A stretch of DNA of 64,000 bases from contig OZ224045.1 of NCBI GenBank assembly GCA_963665325.3, positions 1,088,001 to 1,152,000 of the forward strand, given 5' to 3'. Below the pieces are notes generated by a model. The model was not told the origin of the DNA. It saw only the letters and a program-made list of their open reading frames with translations, and did not search any database. Both the position numbers and the translations under genes were made by a program. This DNA comes from Alphaproteobacteria bacterium. Lineage in GTDB: Bacteria > Pseudomonadota > Alphaproteobacteria > Bin95. Below are positions 21,062-30,363 of this stretch, one piece after another (within the stretch, counting starts at the first letter, position 1; the number at the start of each line of letters is the position of its first letter).

Positions 21062-21252
21062 TGGAACGCGACTCCATGGCGACCCGATGGCTTAGGGAGA
21101 ATCCGAATCCAGGCTTTGTTGCCATGGGGATGCTGCCGCTCCGTGCGCAGAAAACTGTCACAGAGGAATACATCTTCCCGGATGGGTCTATGCTACGGAT
21201 AGTCGAGAATGGAACAGACAAGGAATATATGGCATTTAGCGTACCAAAGTAG
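21058..21252 (+). CDS. Small hypothetical protein (putative IS1595 cargo)
   Basis: Start overlaps the transposase stop; lower GC; plausible composition. Confidence 0.45.
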   Translation: MMERDSMATRWLRENPNPGFVAMGMLPLRAQKTVTEEYIFPDGSMLRIVENGTDKEYMAFSVPK

Positions 21253-21272
21253 ACAATCTATTGCAGCATAAA

Positions 21273-21824
21273 TTAATTTTGATCCTGAAAAGTGTATTGC
21301 GGGTGTTTCATCTTAATTTTTTGTTTAGCAGACTCAATATCGTGCGATGCAAGATATGGCTTCATGCCGGTCAAATATTCCATCGCTTGATATCCAGAAA
21401 GTTTTTCATTTGGATAGAGCCCAAACTTGCGCAATTCTCCGATTGCAATCTCTATGTTGCTTTGATTTTCTGGAGAAATATTGGGAATTGAATAAACCGG
21501 GAATTGAGAACCTGGAATAATAATGGTAAGGAGATCTATCCACTCAACTAAAGCAGCCCTATTTCTATCACTTTCTCGTTTCTTTTTCTGTCGTATCTTT
21601 TCTGGAACACTTAGAATCATCACTATCTTGTGCCATGCAGAAAAGAGTATCATGGCGACACCGACAACAAAAATGCCCATGTAAATGGAATGCAAACTGA
21701 CAAAACCTCCTATCTCCTCTATCCAAATATCTCGATCTGGCCTAGATGACCATTCTCGGATAGATACAGCCGCATTGAATAAGCCAATCAATAGGGAAGC
21801 TATTTTGGAAACACGACCCAACAT
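21273..21824 (-). CDS. Hypothetical membrane protein (AT-rich)
   Basis: 183-codon ORF in AT-rich DNA with two hydrophobic N-terminal segments. Confidence 0.6.
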   Translation of the reverse strand: MLGRVSKIASLLIGLFNAAVSIREWSSRPDRDIWIEEIGGFVSLHSIYMGIFVVGVAMILFSAWHKIVMILSVPEKIRQKKKRESDRNRAALVEWIDLLTIIIPGSQFPVYSIPNISPENQSNIEIAIGELRKFGLYPNEKLSGYQAMEYLTGMKPYLASHDIESAKQKIKMKHPQYTFQDQN

Positions 21825-21885
21825 TTTGTCGTACCTATTCTTGGACCTATTGATCCGACAGAGTCGCGACGGGATCAGAACAAGC

Positions 21886-22116
21886 CTAGTGGGGTTCCCG
21901 ACTCGCAGTCAACGCACTGACATTACCGGATACACGGAAGAACGAGTCGAAAGTCGCCCGTCCGCGAACACGCCACGTCCTGAAAGCCTCCTCCAGCAGA
22001 CGGCCGGCCTCAGGGTCATAGGGGTAGAAGGATGCGGCGAAGCCCCACAAGTCCACCGGGCCGTTCGCTTCGTCCAGTGCCTCGGCAAGACGCGACAGAA
22101 GATGTTCAAGGGTCAT
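21886..22116 (-). CDS. Small hypothetical protein
   Basis: Strong RBS AAGGAGG 5 nt before ATG; natural-looking helical sequence. Confidence 0.55.
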   Translation of the reverse strand: MTLEHLLSRLAEALDEANGPVDLWGFAASFYPYDPEAGRLLEEAFRTWRVRGRATFDSFFRVSGNVSALTASREPH

Positions 22117-22217
22117 GGCGACCTCCTTGATACGGAGGCCGATTGACGCTCCGGTTCGCCCGCGCTATGCAGCGTAGCAACGTCGTTGTCCGCTTCCGGC
22201 CGCGAAACCAGCGGGCC

Positions 22218-22472
22218 CAAAGAGCCAGCCCGATAGCACGGTCTGGCTCTTTGTGCGTCTAGAAGAAATCTAGAGTGTCGTGCGGCAGGCCGTCAATCTA
22301 CGCAGCGTCTGCTTGACACGCCTGTCTGCGCAAGCGCAGGCTTCCTCTTGCACACATCCAGCGGCGCCCCTGTCGGGCCGCTCGCTGAATAGAATAGCCT
22401 CGCGAGTCGTCAGGGTAGCTCCCTGGCGCGGGTGAATAGGCGGGGCCTCCGCAATTCTCTGGATGTGTGCAA
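22218..22472. ncRNA. Candidate structured RNA / multi-hairpin regulatory region
   Basis: 15-bp hairpin 22218-22253; imperfect hairpin about 22280-22331; perfect 14-bp IR TTGCACACATCCAG (22348-22361) / CTGGATGTGTGCAA (22459-22472) enclosing CGTCAGGG-TAGCT-CCCTGGCG. Confidence 0.35.
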
Positions 22473-22524
22473 CGGCCCGACGCCAGCGGGGCCGCGCTGG
22501 GCCATATGCGAAGGCACTGGACCT

Positions 22525-22941
22525 ATGAGAAAACCGACAATCGCCGTTGTCGCTGCGATTTTGCTTAGCCTTGCAGCCGCGCCCGTAACGGCGGCCACCA
22601 AGTGCCGGGGTGACTATGACGAGCGCCGGAAATGCGAGCAGGAGAAGACGGACCGGCTCATCGTGCGTTTGGAGGCCAAGACGAAAGCCCTGAAAGGCGT
22701 CGAAGAATGTGCGCGTCGGGTACTTGTGATCTCGGCCACCGTCGCCGGCGCCTCGATGGGGGTGCGCCCCGAGGCAATCCCCGTGTTGGTCAAGAACCGA
22801 CGGCAAGAGATGGACAAGCGCTTCAACGCGGCGCTGGAAAAGCCGGTCGAACTACTGGCAAGCATTCTTCAGGGACTGATCTTGGTTCCCGACGATCAGG
22901 AGCACCAGATCATTGATGACTGCCTTGCGTCTCTGAAATAG
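22525..22941 (+). CDS. Hypothetical secreted helical protein
   Basis: Signal peptide MRKPTIAVVAAILLSLAAAPVTA; four Cys. Confidence 0.65.
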   Translation: MRKPTIAVVAAILLSLAAAPVTAATKCRGDYDERRKCEQEKTDRLIVRLEAKTKALKGVEECARRVLVISATVAGASMGVRPEAIPVLVKNRRQEMDKRFNAALEKPVELLASILQGLILVPDDQEHQIIDDCLASLK

Positions 22942-23002
22942 GCGAGGCTGGTCCGTCCGCCGCGCCGTTGCTACCGTGACCCGCCAACACCGTGAGACCA
23001 TC

Positions 23003-23446
23003 ATGCAGAATTCATACGAAGCGGCAGCCAAGTCCGCCCAGCAGTTCTACGACGTCGAAGCAACTTGGATGCGGCATATACTGTTGATCGCATCAAGCGC
23101 TTTGACGCTTCTCGTTATCCTGAATCAAGACATTCCCGAGCGAGATTGGCCTCGCGGTTTTCTCGCCGCTGCTTGGGCACTTCTGGGCACCGGTATCGTG
23201 GCAGGAGGCGTGGCCTCCCATGCAACGGTAAACGTCTCGCGAAGTCTTGCAATCCAGCAAGGGTTAGCTCTCGTAGAGGAACTTCGTACTGGCCGGCATG
23301 CGCTGCCAACTCCTGTGCTTGAAGAAAGAACCTATAGGGTGAGCAGGAAGATAATGGTGACCGCCCTGATCGGCGCCGTGATCTGTCTGACTGGATATGG
23401 AATGACCACGCTGCTAGGCGATGCCAAAATCTCTGCTGCACCGTAG
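23003..23446 (+). CDS. Hypothetical 3-TM membrane protein
   Basis: Three hydrophobic stretches (ILLIASSALTLLVIL; FLAAAWALLGTGIVAG; IMVTALIGAVICLTGY). Confidence 0.6.
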   Translation: MQNSYEAAAKSAQQFYDVEATWMRHILLIASSALTLLVILNQDIPERDWPRGFLAAAWALLGTGIVAGGVASHATVNVSRSLAIQQGLALVEELRTGRHALPTPVLEERTYRVSRKIMVTALIGAVICLTGYGMTTLLGDAKISAAP

Positions 23447-23604
23447 GGTGTCCAAGCCTCACAGCGTAGAATTCGGACATCTCATCCTCCATGCGGCATC
23501 CTAGCGGGTCGGCGCTCGCCTGCCGACGGCCGCAATGCGGGCGGGGCGGATCGGGCATACCCTTCATGGACGATTCACCCCTTAACCCAATCGGAGACAC
23601 CGAA

Positions 23605-23787
23605 ATGCCAGCCTCGAAGGAGAGTGAGTCCCAGAAGCGCCCGCGCGGGCGCCCCGTGACCCGCATCGTCAAGCTGCCGACAACCAGCCCGGAGCAGGCG
23701 GCGCGGACATTCTTCTCAGGCGTGAAGCGCCCCGATCCTTCGCTTCGCATCTCCCGGAAGAAAAAGCCCATTGGCGCCAAGGCTTGA
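23605..23787 (+). CDS. Small basic protein with RPRGRP motif, of the kind found near IS1595 right ends
   Basis: RBS GGAG; KRPRGRPV...SPEQAARTFF pattern. Confidence 0.5.
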   Translation: MPASKESESQKRPRGRPVTRIVKLPTTSPEQAARTFFSGVKRPDPSLRISRKKKPIGAKA

Positions 23788-23818
23788 GGGCCGTTGGCTA
23801 GCATTCGCCATAATCACC

Positions 23819-24298
23819 AAAAAATTCCTTCTACTCGTCTTCCCACGGAAGCCGCCCCACCCGCATGTCGGCGTCGCCCTTTTTATTCCCTCGCCGTACA
23901 CTCTCTGTGCGATCTTCGATGAGGGCTGAATATTGGCGGAACACATCCTCCATCACTTCATTTTCTTCGACCCCGACATCCTCTATTCGAATAGTCCTTG
24001 TCGCCGCAGGATGCATCAAAATCGTGCCGCACACGCTCCTAATGGGTCTGCCGTTGAGCTTTGCTACTCGCAACATCTTGAACTCCACGCCCAACCCAAT
24101 ATGGTTTACGTCTATGTGGAGGTTGCTCCAGATCGACTCGGGAATACCTTTTGCCTTGCAGTAAACCTCGCTCCAATCCCCCTCCCTGAATTTTCGCCCC
24201 ATCATAGTTGCAACTTTACCCGCAAGAAGAAACTTTACCTTGCGTGCCTCTGCTAACGAAAACGACTGCAACGTACTCACCTTCCATCTCCCAAACAC
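23819..24298 (-). pseudogene. Truncated PD-(D/E)xK-type restriction-like endonuclease
   Basis: VATMMGRK..EGDW..VYC.AKGIP...WSNL.IDV.H.GLGVE.KML...MHP.ATR (ID...E.K core); in-frame TAG at 23831-23833 followed by KEF, then an abrupt break near 23818. Confidence 0.55.
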
Positions 24299-24682
24299 TT
24301 GCTAGCCTTCAATCGGAACTCGGCGAACCCCACCACCCCTCGATCAACTTCTATTGCCTGAGCTGGGGGAGGATCAACCGTGCATAAGGGTCCGTATACG
24401 GCGGTTCGACGGAGTTAGGCTGTTCACAGGCGTCGCAGGTGTTGACCGGCGCGCCGCTTGGAGCCGATCGGCGCCTTACGCGATTGATCCCGTCGGATCC
24501 CGCGGGGTCGGGGCCCGGCACTCAACGGCAAAACGGTCCGCGCACAGGCGCTTGCCTTGGGAGTCGGGGTCCAGCCCCGCTGCCGGGAGGCCCCCGCCGG
24601 GGTCTCCGCGGCAAGCGAGACGGCAGCTCCGCCTTTCCCGGCCCGCCCTTGCCGGCTGACAAGGGCGGCCGTTTTCGTCCGG

Positions 24683-24871
24683 TCAGATCCACTCGCCGGC
24701 CACGGACAGGCGCGCTGCGCCGCTCCGGTGCTCGACGATCCAGCCGACAAGCTCCCGGTCCGTGTCCACGAGCGGAAAGGCGCGAGCCTCGCCGATCCAG
24801 TCCGCCGCCGCTTCCGCAGCCGGCAGGGTCTCGAACAGTTTCAGGCGCTCAACCTTGATCTTCTGCTGCAT
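24683..24871 (-). CDS. Small hypothetical protein
   Basis: RBS GGAG before MQQKIKVERL; start could instead be GTG 25039 overlapping the upstream stop. Confidence 0.45.
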   Translation of the reverse strand: MQQKIKVERLKLFETLPAAEAAADWIGEARAFPLVDTDRELVGWIVEHRSGAARLSVAGEWI

Positions 24872-25035
24872 GAGGTCGGTCTCCATATATTCGGTTCGGT
24901 GAAACGCCCTTGCGACAAGCCCGGCTGCCCGCAGGCAAACCTGTTCGCGGATGACTTGTCGACGAATGGGCAAGAGGCCGTCCTGCTCCCTGCGCCTCTC
25001 ATGACGCGGGACGGCAGGCGGGATGCGCCGGCGGG

Positions 25036-25983
25036 TCACCCGGGCAGCCGCGCGGCCGCCTCGACGCGATCCAGCATCTCCAGGATCACGGACTCCAGCG
25101 AGACGTCGTAGATCTCGCTGACAATGTTGAGGTAATCGGCGAACTCCTCCGGCGGCACCACGGCTTCGGGATAGTTGCGCCGGAGCTCGCCATGCAGGCG
25201 TTTTTCCTCGATCAGCGCCGCCCGGCCGGTCTTCATCGGGACGATCCGAAGGATGCTGGCCTCCACATGGCCGGGCACGCCCAGCTGGTAGTGCATGCGG
25301 GATTCCGGATCGCGACTCATTCCAACTTTCAGCACCGGGCGGCGGTCAGGAGGACAAAAACGCATCAGGTAAAGCGCGCTCGGCTCGGCGGACCAGACAT
25401 CGCCGCAGTTCTCGCAAGAGAAGCGCCCGGTCTGCATGTTCGCGCGCGCGATGCGCTGCGTCTCGCCGCAGCCGTCCTCATGGGCGTAAAGGCGATAATT
25501 GGGATCGCCGTCCGGATCGGGCCCCGCGAGCCGCCAGCCGCGGGCGCGGGCCTCCTCCTCCTCGCGGGCCCGGTGGCAGACCTCGCAGCGCAGCCCGGTC
25601 GTGCCCTCCACGACGCGCGCGATGAGCTCGAACTGGCGCCGGACCTCATGGCCGCATTCGGTGACGCGGTAGCGGCCGTAATGCGGGTCGTCCGGGTCCC
25701 GGCCGAGATAGGCCAGACCGGCCGACTGCGCCTTTTCCTGCCGCTCGTTGAACTGGCAGCCCTTGCACACGGGCTTGTACCGCAGGAGCACGAAGGCGCG
25801 CGCCAAGTTCAGCTCCCGGCAGATCCGGCACTCGAGCGCGACGTGGTAGCGGTCGATCACGCGGGCCACGATGCAATAGCCCTTCTCTTTGGCCGCGCGG
25901 ACCCAGGTCTCGGGCGGCGCGGCGTTGTAAACGGAGTACTCGGTATCGCCGATGCGAAGCGTGTCGGCGGTCAAACGGGACAT
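25036..25983 (-). CDS. Multi-zinc-ribbon protein with C-terminal GIY-YIG (T5orf172-like) nuclease domain
   Basis: Repeated CxxC/CGH units (CRIC, CKGC, CGH, CEVC, CGE, CENC); LYLMRF...LKVGMSRDPESR..QL, EKRLH, SEIY; RBS GAGAGGA. Confidence 0.72.
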   Translation of the reverse strand: MSRLTADTLRIGDTEYSVYNAAPPETWVRAAKEKGYCIVARVIDRYHVALECRICRELNLARAFVLLRYKPVCKGCQFNERQEKAQSAGLAYLGRDPDDPHYGRYRVTECGHEVRRQFELIARVVEGTTGLRCEVCHRAREEEEARARGWRLAGPDPDGDPNYRLYAHEDGCGETQRIARANMQTGRFSCENCGDVWSAEPSALYLMRFCPPDRRPVLKVGMSRDPESRMHYQLGVPGHVEASILRIVPMKTGRAALIEEKRLHGELRRNYPEAVVPPEEFADYLNIVSEIYDVSLESVILEMLDRVEAAARLPG

Positions 25984-26481
25984 GATGCTGTCCTCTCTCA
26001 CGCGGGGGCCGGTCCGCGGCGCCGATGGCGCGCGGGAGGGCATCCCCGTCATTGCAGGATGGCGGCGCGGCGCCGTTCAGCGCGGCGCCGAAGAATCAGG
26101 GATGCAGGGCGGTGTCCGGAGGCCCGGACGGCCGTGCGGAGCAAGCGGCCGCGCCGGGCGCACCGCGCATCGTGACCGTCGGAAGCGGCCGCGCGCCATG
26201 GGCAGCGAGGCGGCGGCAACGCCAGCCGCCACCGCGTTCGGCGCAATGCGCGAGGTCCGCAGCGAAGCCGTGCGGAAACCGCTTCGCGCCGGTCGATACG
26301 GGGGGGTCAGATGAGGTGGCAGCCGGCGCAAGCGCCGTGCTAGCGTCATCGATAGCCATGTGATCTCTCCAGTAGATCGTTTGGTCAGGACGGCGCAAGA
26401 GCTTCGACCTTCTTGCGCCGTCCGTTTTATTATTATAACGTTGTTGATATCGTTTACAACCCCCATCGAGGAAATTCTTTT

Positions 26482-26664
26482 TTGGGCCGGCCACCAAAGG
26501 ACTCCCAAGGCGTCATGGTTCGCCTCCCAAGGACCATGATCGAGGCGCTTGACAGGCTGCGTGCGGAAAAGCCGGAGCATCCCTCCAGACCCGAGATGAT
26601 CCGGCGCATCGTCTCGGACTGGCTTGTGGACAACGAGCGGAGCGGCCGCAACCTGCGCGCCTGA
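26482..26664 (+). CDS. Ribbon-helix-helix (CopG-like) DNA-binding protein
   Basis: GRPPKDSQGVMVRLP..MIEALD.....PSRPEMIRRIV; TTG start after GAGGAA; AT-rich divergent promoter region 26420-26460. Confidence 0.75.
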   Translation: MGRPPKDSQGVMVRLPRTMIEALDRLRAEKPEHPSRPEMIRRIVSDWLVDNERSGRNLRA

Positions 26665-27058
26665 GCGAGGCGCCGCCTACTGACGGCCGTGAAGGCCATG
26701 CTCTCGGGCTCGGGGGCTCGGTTTTCCGGAGGTTCGCGAACCGCCCGGCGGCGGGCCTCGACACTCTGCCGGCATCCGAATGCGGCAGGCCGGGGACGGG
26801 ATCCCCGCCTTCTCGGGGACAGGCTCCGGTTCCCGGGCCATCACGCGGCAGGTATCGGGGCGCTTCCGGTAGGTATTTTCCGGAGCTACCTCTCGATCCC
26901 TTCACTCGTGGTAGCTGCACCGGGTTCGCACGCTTGTCGGCGTCCAACAGCGACGCCTAACAATGCAACGGTCACGCCGAACGGCACCTTCGTGAACTGC
27001 GCCCAATCCGTTCACCCGACATGCTGCAGTTCAGCCGCCTGCACCTGGCAGCGATATC

Positions 27059-27952
27059 TTACGGTCGAACTCGAAACACGGCGGACACGGCGCAGTGATC
27101 CGGGTGCGGCCCCCGGCGCGGCCATTCCCGGAACGAGCCCTCCACCGGCATCGCCTCCGCTCCGCCTCCCGCCACAATGTGGTCGATGAAGGCCGGAAAG
27201 CGGGGGTCGCAGCGGAACGGCACATCCTCGGTGAGCAGCAGAAGCGGCGCCGATGGCGGCGACAGCAGACGCCAGGCCCAGTCGCCAGGCAATGCCAGAC
27301 GGCGGTTGAAGTCGCCCAGGATGACGAAGGCGGCACCCTCGGTCCGGCGCGCATCGACCCAGGCCTTGAGGGCCTCGATCTGGCCGCGCAGCATCGCGCA
27401 GGCTTTCCTGCTTTTGTTGCCCCGGTCCTGTTTCCTGCCCCAGCAGCCGGTCTTGAGATGCACGGACAGCAGGCGCAGCTCCTCGCCGCCAGTAACCGCT
27501 GCGATGTCGGCGCCCCAGCGCTGGAAGGCGTCCCCGCCTCCCGACGTCTTCAGATCGGCGTTGCGCCGATATCGAATGCCCTTCCGGATCGCGAACCCCG
27601 TCGCCAGATGCCCGAGACGCGCCTCGCGCTTGCCCCAGCAGGCCCGGCTGCGCTTCATCGGCGGGCGCCCGGACATTTCGATGTTCCAGTTCGAGGCCGG
27701 GAACACGCGGCGCGCGGCCGCCTCGTTCTCCACCTCCTGGAACGCGACGATATCTGCATCAAGTTCCTCAATCCGCTTCGCGAGTGCACTGTAGTCGGCG
27801 CCGTTGCGCCCGACGCACCCTTCGCCGTCGGTATCGTCCAGATGCTCCAGGTTCCAGTCCGCAATGTGCAGGTCGCCGGCGACCGCTGCCGCCGACGCCA
27901 GCGACAGCGCCAAGAATGCCAGCAGCGCATATCCGGCAGCGCGCATTGTCAT
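27059..27952 (-). CDS. Secreted endonuclease/exonuclease/phosphatase (EEP) family protein
   Basis: Signal peptide; IADWNLEHL, DIVAFQEV, SVHLKTGC, ILGDFNRR, IDHI, PDHCAV. Confidence 0.88.
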   Translation of the reverse strand: MTMRAAGYALLAFLALSLASAAAVAGDLHIADWNLEHLDDTDGEGCVGRNGADYSALAKRIEELDADIVAFQEVENEAAARRVFPASNWNIEMSGRPPMKRSRACWGKREARLGHLATGFAIRKGIRYRRNADLKTSGGGDAFQRWGADIAAVTGGEELRLLSVHLKTGCWGRKQDRGNKSRKACAMLRGQIEALKAWVDARRTEGAAFVILGDFNRRLALPGDWAWRLLSPPSAPLLLLTEDVPFRCDPRFPAFIDHIVAGGGAEAMPVEGSFREWPRRGPHPDHCAVSAVFRVRP

Positions 27953-28096
27953 CTCCCTCGTCGTCCAGGCAGCCGGTGTCGGGTATCGGCGAATCCCGTC
28001 CCCCTGCTCTTGCCTGGAGACCTTCACCGCCTGCGGGATGGACGGTAGAAGAGGCATTCCATACGAATATAACCGTATGAGGGAAAGTTATCCGGG

Positions 28097-28972
28097 ATGA
28101 CGAACCGGTTTTCAGAACCCGGCGCCGGCACGCACATTTCGGCGACGGTCAAATTGTACGATCCGGCAAAGGGTTACGGTTTCCTGGTTCCCGGCGACGG
28201 CTCGCCCGACATTTTCTGCGGGAAAGCGGCATTGGCCGCGGTCGGTCTCGATACCCTTCTCGCCGGGGCGACGGTCGCCTGCGAGACGGCGCCGGGCCGG
28301 CGCGGGCCGGAGGTCTCCCGGATCCGTGCCGTCGATTTTTCCACGGCATCGCCCCGCACGGCCTCTATCGCCCGACCGCGCGATGACGGAAGGACCGCCG
28401 CCCGACCCGATGCCGGGCAGCCCGGTGCTGCAGCTTCAGGTCGCGCGGTCCGGGCCATCGTCAAATGGTTCCACCCGGACAAGGGTTACGGCTTCCTGGA
28501 GCCCGGGGACGGCTCTGCCGACCTGTTCTGCCACCTGACTGCCGTGCAGGCGTCGGGATATGACACGCTGCCCCAGGGCGCGGCGGTAAGCTGCGAGATC
28601 GCACCGGGCGACAGGGGACCCCAGGTGTCGAGGATCCTCTCGGTTGACCCGCCGGCGTCCGGGTCCGCCCGCACCGGACTCCGATCCGGGGGCCCGGCGG
28701 TCCGCAACCGCTCGTTCGAAGCCCGGCACCCGGGCCCGCTGGTCGATGATCCGCCGCGGGCAGACATGGAGGCGCCAGGCTCGGTCAAGTTCTACGATCC
28801 GGCGAGAGGGTTCGGCTTTGTCGTGCCGGACGATGGCGGCCCCGAGGTGTTCGTCCATTCCAGCGTCCTGTTTCGTTCGGGCATGACCGATCTGCTACCG
28901 GGACAACGCGTCTTCGTCCGAGCCGAAAGCGTGCCGCGCGGGCTCCAGGCAAGGGAAATAGAGCCGCTCTGA
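28097..28972 (+). CDS. Cold-shock protein with three tandem CSD domains
   Basis: Three RNP1/RNP2 units: KGYGFL..DIFCG, KGYGFL..DLFCH, RGFGFV..EVFVH, separated by Pro/Ala/Gly linkers. Confidence 0.88.
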   Translation: MTNRFSEPGAGTHISATVKLYDPAKGYGFLVPGDGSPDIFCGKAALAAVGLDTLLAGATVACETAPGRRGPEVSRIRAVDFSTASPRTASIARPRDDGRTAARPDAGQPGAAASGRAVRAIVKWFHPDKGYGFLEPGDGSADLFCHLTAVQASGYDTLPQGAAVSCEIAPGDRGPQVSRILSVDPPASGSARTGLRSGGPAVRNRSFEARHPGPLVDDPPRADMEAPGSVKFYDPARGFGFVVPDDGGPEVFVHSSVLFRSGMTDLLPGQRVFVRAESVPRGLQAREIEPL

Positions 28973-29013
28973 ACGGGCCGGCATCACAGCGGACAGCCGC
29001 ATCGGAGGAAAGC

Positions 29014-29295
29014 ATGGACGAACGGGACGCGCCGCAGTCGGCGTCCGCGGAGGAAGAAACCGCGATCGGTGAGACGCCGGCGATCTTCGCGAACAAGGTC
29101 TTCGTTTCGCCCATGGCCGGCGGCGCGAAGATCACCTTTGCCGAGGCGCGCCGCACAGCCGGTGAGAACCGGGCGTCGCCGCGCGTGGCGGTCTTCCTGC
29201 ACCACGCCGATCTCGCCGCACTGCGCCGCCTGCTCGACTGGACGGCAGGCGCCGCCGAGACGCCGTCGGAGCGCTTCGGTGGTTCGATGCACTGA
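29014..29295 (+). CDS. Small hypothetical protein (DUF3467-like)
   Basis: RBS GGAGGA; PAIFANKVFV....KITFAE pattern. Confidence 0.55.
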   Translation: MDERDAPQSASAEEETAIGETPAIFANKVFVSPMAGGAKITFAEARRTAGENRASPRVAVFLHHADLAALRRLLDWTAGAAETPSERFGGSMH

Positions 29296-29493
29296 GGTCG
29301 GCCTTAGCCATGGGCTGGCATCTTCCCGCCATCGTTGCTCTCTCCCCTGCGGTCTGGGGTTTGCGCTGCCGGGTAGCCGAGACCGGGTCCACCTTCGCCA
29401 CGACCGTCCCGTATTGGGCATGCGCCATTCCGTCGAGGCCGAGGAGGCGCTCGGCTCGCGCCACTTTCAAACTTGCTGCAAACGGGAACCGGC

Positions 29494-30252
29494 ATGGGCA
29501 GATTCGATGGCAAGGTTGCGCTGATCAGCGGCGGGGCTCGCGGACAGGGCGCGGCAGAGGCGCGAGCCTTCGCGGCAGAGGGCGCGGCAGTCGTTTTCGG
29601 CGATATCCTCGAGCGGGAAGGCGCGGCCGTTCAGGCCGGGATCGAGGCGTCAGGCGGGATTGCGGCCTACAGGCATCTGGATGTGACGAAGGAGGACGAC
29701 TGGCGCCGTGCGGTCGGCTACTCGATAGAAGCGCATGGCCGGCTCGACATCCTGGTGAACAATGCCGCGATCGTCATTGCCCGCGCAGCCATCGAGGATC
29801 GGACTGTGGAGGAATGGGACCGGGTGCAGGCCGTGAATGCACGCGGTGTCTTTCTCGGAACGAAGCATGCGATACCGGCGATGCGGGCGTCCGGCGGCGG
29901 TTCGATTGTCAATATCGTATCGGTGGCCGGTATCGGCCAGTCGACCCATCAGGAACCCGCCTATGCCGCAAGCAAGGGCGCGGTGCGGATATTCACCAAG
30001 GTGACGGCGGCGCAGCATGCCGGGGACGGCATCCGTTGCAACGCGGTGCTTCCCGGCCCGATAGACACCGAAATGCTGCGGAGTGCGTTGTCCGAGCCAG
30101 CAGTACTGGCCGAGCGGGTGTCACGAGTCCCCATGGGACGTATCGGAACGATCGACGAGGTCGTCGCGGCAGTGCTGTTTCTCGCGTCGGACGCCGCCTC
30201 GTACATGACCGGCGGCGAAATGGTGGTCGATGGCGGCGCGACCAGCATGTAG
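29494..30252 (+). CDS. Short-chain dehydrogenase/reductase (3-alpha,20-beta-HSD-like)
   Basis: SGGARGQG, VNNAA, YAASKGAV, GIRCNAVLPG, YMTG.E.VVDGG. Confidence 0.9.
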   Translation: MGRFDGKVALISGGARGQGAAEARAFAAEGAAVVFGDILEREGAAVQAGIEASGGIAAYRHLDVTKEDDWRRAVGYSIEAHGRLDILVNNAAIVIARAAIEDRTVEEWDRVQAVNARGVFLGTKHAIPAMRASGGGSIVNIVSVAGIGQSTHQEPAYAASKGAVRIFTKVTAAQHAGDGIRCNAVLPGPIDTEMLRSALSEPAVLAERVSRVPMGRIGTIDEVVAAVLFLASDAASYMTGGEMVVDGGATSM

Positions 30253-30363
30253 CCGGCGCACGATCGCCAAGAGGAGGCGGGCAAGCGGGGCTTCCGAACC
30301 CGGATACGGCGCTCCGGCCGCGGATAAACCGGCGGACCGTTCCCGCGACGCCGCGCGCCGGCA

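Noticed and set aside
22348-22472. Retron msr/msd a1/a2-like inverted repeat
   Set aside because: No reverse transcriptase ORF (no YADD/YxDD-type RT motifs) is evident in the window; kept only as a generic structured-RNA candidate.
26700-27050. Short hairpins (AGCTACC/GGTAGCT, GGCGTC/GACGCC, GTGAAC/GTTCAC) between convergent genes
   Set aside because: Stems of 6-7 bp are expected by chance at this GC content; no further support.
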